IMG/VR virus record: IMGVR_UViG_3300037067_016575
Direction: 5' to 3' (one strand)
DNA length: 20,000 nt
Source: an uncultured virus (IMG/VR IMGVR_UViG_3300037067_016575)
Lineage: Duplodnaviria > Heunggongvirae > Uroviricota > Caudoviricetes
Made by a program: the position numbers and the translations under genes. This document shows, piece after piece, positions 15,730-20,000 of this stretch (position 1 is its first letter; every line of letters begins with the position of its first letter). A model generated the notes under the pieces. It ran no database searches, was not told the origin of the DNA, and saw only the letters and a program-made list of their open reading frames with translations.

Positions 15730-16010
15730 CTTATGGATTTTTAAGACGTGCTTTTTGGATATAGACCTCCCGAATGAACGGAGATAACGAAGGTATCCCG
15801 CCGTCACAAAAGCGTTTCGGACGGCGGGATCTTACTGATGAGGTCTATTTTTGGGGAGTTCTTTGGTTTGAGAGGTTTGGTCTGTGTGTATCTGTGCTCG
15901 TGCTGCTTTACTAGGTTTAGTTTCGGCAGAATACGGTAACCGTCTATCTGCGCTAAAGGTCGTAGACCTGATTAATTCCCGCCGTAAACAAGACGACGGG
16001 GGAATCGAGA
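15730..16010 (-). ncRNA. candidate structured non-coding RNA cassette
   Basis: no RBS-supported ORF; nested stems 15761-15769/15840-15848 and 15795-15805/15820-15830; strand inferred from context. Confidence 0.4.
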
Positions 16011-16040
16011 CCCCGGAATGAACCGTGAACCTCGTAAAAA
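16011..16040 (-). repeat. divergent hairpin element copy
   Basis: ccccggaatgaaccgtgaacctcgtaaaaa abutting TAA at 16041. Confidence 0.65.
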
Positions 16041-16487
16041 TTATTTTTTCGTTGGTGTTCTACTAATTGGGTCTCCTGCCGGGGTGAATCCATGTTGGAT
16101 CATCATGGTTGCCCGTCGTAATTCACCCATATAACACATTGTATGATATTGGTCTTCTGCCATCCTTTCATTATCTGTTTTTGCTCCGAATGGTAGTTGA
16201 ATGTGTTCGGCAACAAAATCGAAAAGGTATTGGTATTCAACGAAGTTAATGAATACCGGGCCGAGACGCATTTCCTGAAGTAAATCTCGGTCTGTGTAGG
16301 TTAATACATGTCCTTCATCGAGATGTATATAACCCCTTTCTTCTCCGAAATGCGGCCAAATCACACTTGATACCTCAATAATTTTCCGGTCTTTCCAATA
16401 AAACCCGTCGGTTTTCCATGAAACGTCTTCCCGACAGAAAGGCACTTCAATTAAATCAGATGTGTTTAATGATGATTTTAGTTTCAC
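16041..16487 (-). CDS. hypothetical protein (148 aa)
   Basis: GTG start after GAGGTGA. Confidence 0.8.
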   Translation of the reverse strand: MKLKSSLNTSDLIEVPFCREDVSWKTDGFYWKDRKIIEVSSVIWPHFGEERGYIHLDEGHVLTYTDRDLLQEMRLGPVFINFVEYQYLFDFVAEHIQLPFGAKTDNERMAEDQYHTMCYMGELRRATMMIQHGFTPAGDPISRTPTKK

Positions 16488-16513
16488 ATTATCACCTCTT
16501 TGTTTTTAATTCG

Positions 16514-16543
16514 GAGGGTTAGGAACAATGAACCTCTACCCTC
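16514..16543 (-). repeat. divergent hairpin element copy (new stem, similar loop)
   Basis: coding strand GAGGGTAGAGG-TTCATTGTT-CCTAACCCTC. Confidence 0.5.
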
Positions 16544-16663
16544 GCAGAAACCGATTTTGTTTTAGGACAGGGAAGTTTTTTTACTACTTCCGAAAACGCA
16601 CGGTTAACGGCTATTACGCCTTATACTCAATTCCTTACCTCTTCGATGGTCGGGGGTAAGGGG

Positions 16664-16698
16664 ATATGTTGCCCCGTAGTGAACCGGGGAAAACATAT
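16664..16698 (-). repeat. divergent hairpin element copy
   Basis: coding strand ATATGTTTTCCCCGG-TTCACTA-CGGGGCAACATAT directly after stop at 16698. Confidence 0.65.
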
Positions 16699-17177
16699 TA
16701 TTCCCTGTCGGGACAGGGAATAACCGGGCCATCATACCACATATGACCCATGCAATAAATACAATTAATGACCTCGTATGCTTCCTTGCTGTTGTTTGCG
16801 TTGGCATACAAGCGGAGATTATTTGATCCGTACGACGTATACGGAACTATTTTTGCTAATCCCCCCGCTCGTTTGATTGCGTCCCGTGCTAATTCTACAG
16901 TTTCCCGCGTATGGAATGAACGCACCTTTAAATACACTTTTCTCCCGTATTTACGGGGCATTGGCTCGCAGAATCCCTCTGCAAGCCCCATATTGCCGTC
17001 GGTTGTTTGTATTACTGTGATTAGACCACGGGGCGGGTCAATGCCGTATTCCCGAGCCTCCTTTCCGAAGTGCTTTGAGGCAAATCGAATGTACGCTTTC
17101 AGGGTGTTTAACCCTCCAATGGATTCTGGTGTTTCCGACGGTTCCCTTGTCATTACGTCCACGGCATGTGTTACCAT
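16698..17177 (-). CDS. chimeric protein (159 aa) carrying a 40-aa segment of the AAA ATPase
   Basis: ESIGGLNTLKAYIRFASKHFGKEAREYGIDPPRG nearly identical to the ATPase segment. Confidence 0.75.
   Translation of the reverse strand: MVTHAVDVMTREPSETPESIGGLNTLKAYIRFASKHFGKEAREYGIDPPRGLITVIQTTDGNMGLAEGFCEPMPRKYGRKVYLKVRSFHTRETVELARDAIKRAGGLAKIVPYTSYGSNNLRLYANANNSKEAYEVINCIYCMGHMWYDGPVIPCPDRE
17025..17146 (-). repeat. 122-bp direct repeat of 6017-6138
   Basis: hand alignment: 14 mismatches, no gaps. Confidence 0.95.
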
Positions 17178-17181
17178 ATTC

Positions 17182-17358
17182 TCACTCCGGGATGTCCTGA
17201 ATTATTGGAATTTCCGTGTACGGGAATGTCATTACCATCCCACCGTCACACCGAGGACATTTCATCCAGATTCTTATTTCACTTTCTGGCCGGACAATTT
17301 GGACTTTTTCTACATCCATGTGTTGACCATCCTTCCGACAGGTAATACCAACATCCAT
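17182..17358 (-). CDS. small Zn-ribbon-like protein (58 aa)
   Basis: hand-translated MDVGITCRKDGQHMDVEKVQIVRPESEIRIWMKCPRCDGGMVMTFPYTEIPIIQDIPE; fills the gap between neighbours. Confidence 0.7.
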   Translation of the reverse strand: MDVGITCRKDGQHMDVEKVQIVRPESEIRIWMKCPRCDGGMVMTFPYTEIPIIQDIPE

Positions 17359-17361
17359 CTT

Positions 17362-17802
17362 TCATTTCCCCCCTTTCTTTTTACGTTGTGCTTTCTTGAA
17401 ATCCTGATATTTTTTGTCTTCTTTCTCCCGGATCGCCTTACCCTCATCAACATGGATCGCCATGCCTTCCGGGACACATTGACCTTTGGCAAGCAGTTCC
17501 GCAATGCTCCGGCATGCCAGTATTGCTTTATCCGGGGTTGAGATAGGGGGTGTCTTGTAATCGATCCTTCGGTTCCGATCAAATACCCGGCCCTCATATT
17601 GACCGTCCGTTAGGGGGAAAATGTTGTATTCCTTGTGGTGATGCTTTCGCATGGGATACAACGCCCGGACTTGCGTTATGGGGGTTTTAGGGGCATCCCC
17701 GTTTGGTTGATGCCACCCGCAATAAGATTTATCGGGGCATTGCCCGGTTATGTTGCATTTCTCCTCATTGATACAGGGAGGTTTTGTTTTTTTGAGTGCC
17801 AT
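17362..17802 (-). CDS. hypothetical basic protein with N-terminal Cys/His cluster (146 aa)
   Basis: C-x5-C-x5-C-x5-C-x2-H; GAGG RBS. Confidence 0.8.
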   Translation of the reverse strand: MALKKTKPPCINEEKCNITGQCPDKSYCGWHQPNGDAPKTPITQVRALYPMRKHHHKEYNIFPLTDGQYEGRVFDRNRRIDYKTPPISTPDKAILACRSIAELLAKGQCVPEGMAIHVDEGKAIREKEDKKYQDFKKAQRKKKGGK

Positions 17803-17838
17803 TGTTACGTCCTCATCCTAATTTTTTGTTGCCGGTCA

Positions 17839-18243
17839 TTAATGAGTTTTCATGTATTTTTTTACGGCTGTGTTCACCGCGCTCCCAGATGCAGTAATCC
17901 CAAGGAATCCCGCGTGTTTTTCATCGCTGCAATATTGAGCATATGCGTTGATATCTTCGGGTTGCGGTTTCTCACTCCACGACACAAAGAGTGTTGTGTA
18001 TCTGTCTGGACACCCGTGGCAACCAGAGGTTATTACCGTATCTGCAAAAAACCTCTTAAGTGGGTTTTGCCTTTTCATGCCCCATCCGCGTACCGTGTCC
18101 GGAATCCACTTCTCGTTTTTACGAGAGCATATCGCGGAACCGCACTCAATAATGAGAGCGGTGGGGCGTCCATCGTCGGTATATTGAACGTACCCTTTCT
18201 TATTGTGGAACCGCTCGTTTTTTCCAACTTTCCAAATACTCAT
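17839..18243 (-). CDS. hypothetical protein (134 aa)
   Basis: AGGTGA RBS; AT-rich TTTATAATA tract upstream. Confidence 0.8.
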   Translation of the reverse strand: MSIWKVGKNERFHNKKGYVQYTDDGRPTALIIECGSAICSRKNEKWIPDTVRGWGMKRQNPLKRFFADTVITSGCHGCPDRYTTLFVSWSEKPQPEDINAYAQYCSDEKHAGFLGITASGSAVNTAVKKYMKTH

Positions 18244-18276
18244 CTTGGTTCACCTGCATTAATTATATTATAAATT

Positions 18277-18305
18277 CCCGGACGACGGAATGACCCGACG
18301 CCGGG
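18277..18305 (-). repeat. divergent hairpin element copy (long stem)
   Basis: coding strand CCCGGCGTCGG-GTCATT-CCGTCGTCCGGG; preceded by TTTTAACGAGTTTC, similar to the 16011-16040 copy. Confidence 0.5.
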
Positions 18306-18779
18306 CGAAACTCGTTAAAACTACTCGGGATAATTCAGTGCCTTAATTGGTTACCACCACGGCAACACCGCGTTTTAACTCGTTATTTTGGTTTCTGACA
18401 ATGCGGGGATTTACACGCCTTCGTAGGCTCACGGCCACCGGCGATACCATGTTGTCAAATTCTTACTTTTCTTTGGAAATTTGATATTCCCGTCAATCGG
18501 CTCGCGCCGATATCCCGATTGTGCATATGTATTCTCACCTCGTAAGTGTGTTAGGATGTTGAACTATACGCGCTATCGGTTGACGGGAGAAACTGAATGG
18601 CTTTACGTCTTCGAACTTCACTCTGTCAGGATTTCCGATGTTGGTTTGTAAATCGATATGCAAAACACCCCGGGCATTTTACATGGTACGGAAATTCAGG
18701 AGAAAACGGTTTTTTCTGACTTCGCTTAAAGATACGCTTGAATTTAATCGGGTATTACTCGGTAGTAGATAATGAGATA

Positions 18780-19540
18780 AACTACAAACTGCCACCCTCG
18801 TTTTTTACGGCAGCTACCCAACGTATCACAGGATCAAAGTCTTCTTACCAACCCGGCGCGGCATGTCGCGCCTTGCCGGGCGAGATCTTTGATCGAGGGT
18901 TCCCATTATTGGGATCGTCTAACTTGCCAGAGCACACAAACCCGTCAAGGCTTATGCCCGGTACTCGCCCTGTGTTCGTTCCGGCGCGTCTCAATACCGC
19001 AAACAGTAACGACAACAAACTGGCGTGCTCCCTGATAGAGTGCACGGGTTTTATTGGCGTTGTGTCTCTCCGTATGGTCAATACGGCAGAAACCGCTTTG
19101 TATCTCTTACGTTCCTCGTGGAACTGTCCACATTAGGGCGGATCTTACCCTCCGCTGGCTGATTTTCCAAAAGGACAATCCGACGTATCCAATGGTTCTT
19201 TTGACGGAAAAAGAGTATTTTTAGGGTATGTTGGGTTGTCAACATTCCCCGTCGAACCAATGTGCTTTTTCAGTAGTTCCCCGTAAAGGGACGGCCCGGA
19301 TACCTTGCCGCATTATCTCTGGCTAAAATCGCTGCTCCCGAGGAGCTAGCGCCGTTATTGACACACGGTAGGACACGCCGTAAATCGGATTGACTTACAC
19401 CGTGTCCCTTCGATATCGCACGTATTGGCTTACCGTCGGATTGTCCTCACCTACGAGGTTCCCGGGCAGGGGAATTGTTTTTCCCCGCCCTTGTGTCCTC
19501 TCCATCGGTTGTTTCTTGCTTGCTCACCTTCGACAATCCA
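18780..19540 (-). ncRNA. candidate large structured non-coding RNA
   Basis: no convincing CDS; perfect 14-bp long-range stem 19172-19185/19434-19447 and many nested hairpins; strand inferred from TATA-like box and gene orientation. Confidence 0.5.
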
Positions 19541-19556
19541 GTGTTGGACGGGGTTG

Positions 19557-19572
19557 TATATATATCTTGCGA
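19557..19572 (-). promoter_or_regulatory. possible archaeal BRE/TATA promoter
   Basis: minus strand CGCAAG-ATATATATA, just upstream of the structured region. Confidence 0.35.
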
Positions 19573-20000
19573 AATTTGAAATTTCACTCTTCACGTCTGA
19601 CTATGCACTTTTTTGTACATCGGGGAATTTTAAAATCCTGTATATGCAGCCTTATCGCGCATTTTTCCCCGCGCTTGTCCCGTACCCCCCGCTACTGTTT
19701 TGAGGGGAAAAGGGGGTAGGGGGTATTAGGGGAAATGAGAGGAGACGGCAAGGGAAGGGGGCGTTTGTCCTGTGGGGTAAATGCGGTTAACCTCGCCCGT
19801 AGGGAGATATCCTTTTTCCCGTTGTAAATCTCTCAAATACCGTGGATTTTACCGGGATATCTTGTGCCGCGTATATATCGAAATTTAAAGCGGGACGTAT
19901 AGAGATCGGCATAGGTGTATATATGCATGCTGAAATGATCCTGATGCAGTGCACTCCGTAGAAAGGGAGAAGGGGGGGTAAATCTAAGGGGGAGCTTAAG

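Noticed and set aside
15761..15970. Hammerhead ribozyme (CTGATGA at 15835-15841 followed by stem GGTCTA)
   Set aside because: Neither partner strand (tagacc at 15762 or 15963) is followed by the required GAAA, so the core is incomplete.
202..16040. CRISPR array
   Set aside because: Repeats are separated by whole genes (hundreds to thousands of bp), not 30-45 bp spacers, and no cas genes are present.
16604..16807. 67-aa minus-strand ORF
   Set aside because: It overlaps the 16698 gene in another frame and runs through a divergent hairpin element.
18330..19540. Group I or II intron or RNase P RNA; minus-strand ORFs 18845-19081 and 19078-19260
   Set aside because: No domain V, P7 or GAGGAAAGUCC signature was found; the ORFs have TTG starts, no RBS and overlap the stems.
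136..19719. Plus-strand ORFs in the track, including the 257-aa (16768) and 212-aa (17635) ORFs
   Set aside because: They lie antisense to well-supported minus-strand genes or in the structured region, lack clear RBS sites and have atypical composition.

Overview
About 38 mostly short, uncharacterised genes, all on the minus strand, most preceded by GAGGTGA/GAGGTAA-type Shine-Dalgarno sites. This looks like the accessory region of a virus or extrachromosomal element, probably of an archaeon (inference; the window has no capsid, replicase, integrase or host marker gene). The only recognisable module is a Ycf46-like AAA+ ATPase followed by DUF1257 (Ycf35-like) and DUF2997 genes. The main structure is non-coding. 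A ~26-bp element (coding strand TAA-CCTTTTTTCCGG-TTCACGTT-CCGGAA) follows stop codons in 14 clear and about 4 divergent copies and splits the region into 1-5 gene cassettes. It is often joined to a GTATA-N7-TATAC palindrome just before the next RBS. Also seen: a hairpin-rich non-autonomous IS200/IS605-type element, an in-frame 122-bp copy of part of the ATPase gene inside an unrelated ORF, a shared R-F-x-x-I-D motif in several proteins, a non-coding structured cassette (15.73-16.01 kb) and a candidate large structured RNA (18.78-19.54 kb). All family calls come from motif recognition by eye, with no database search.
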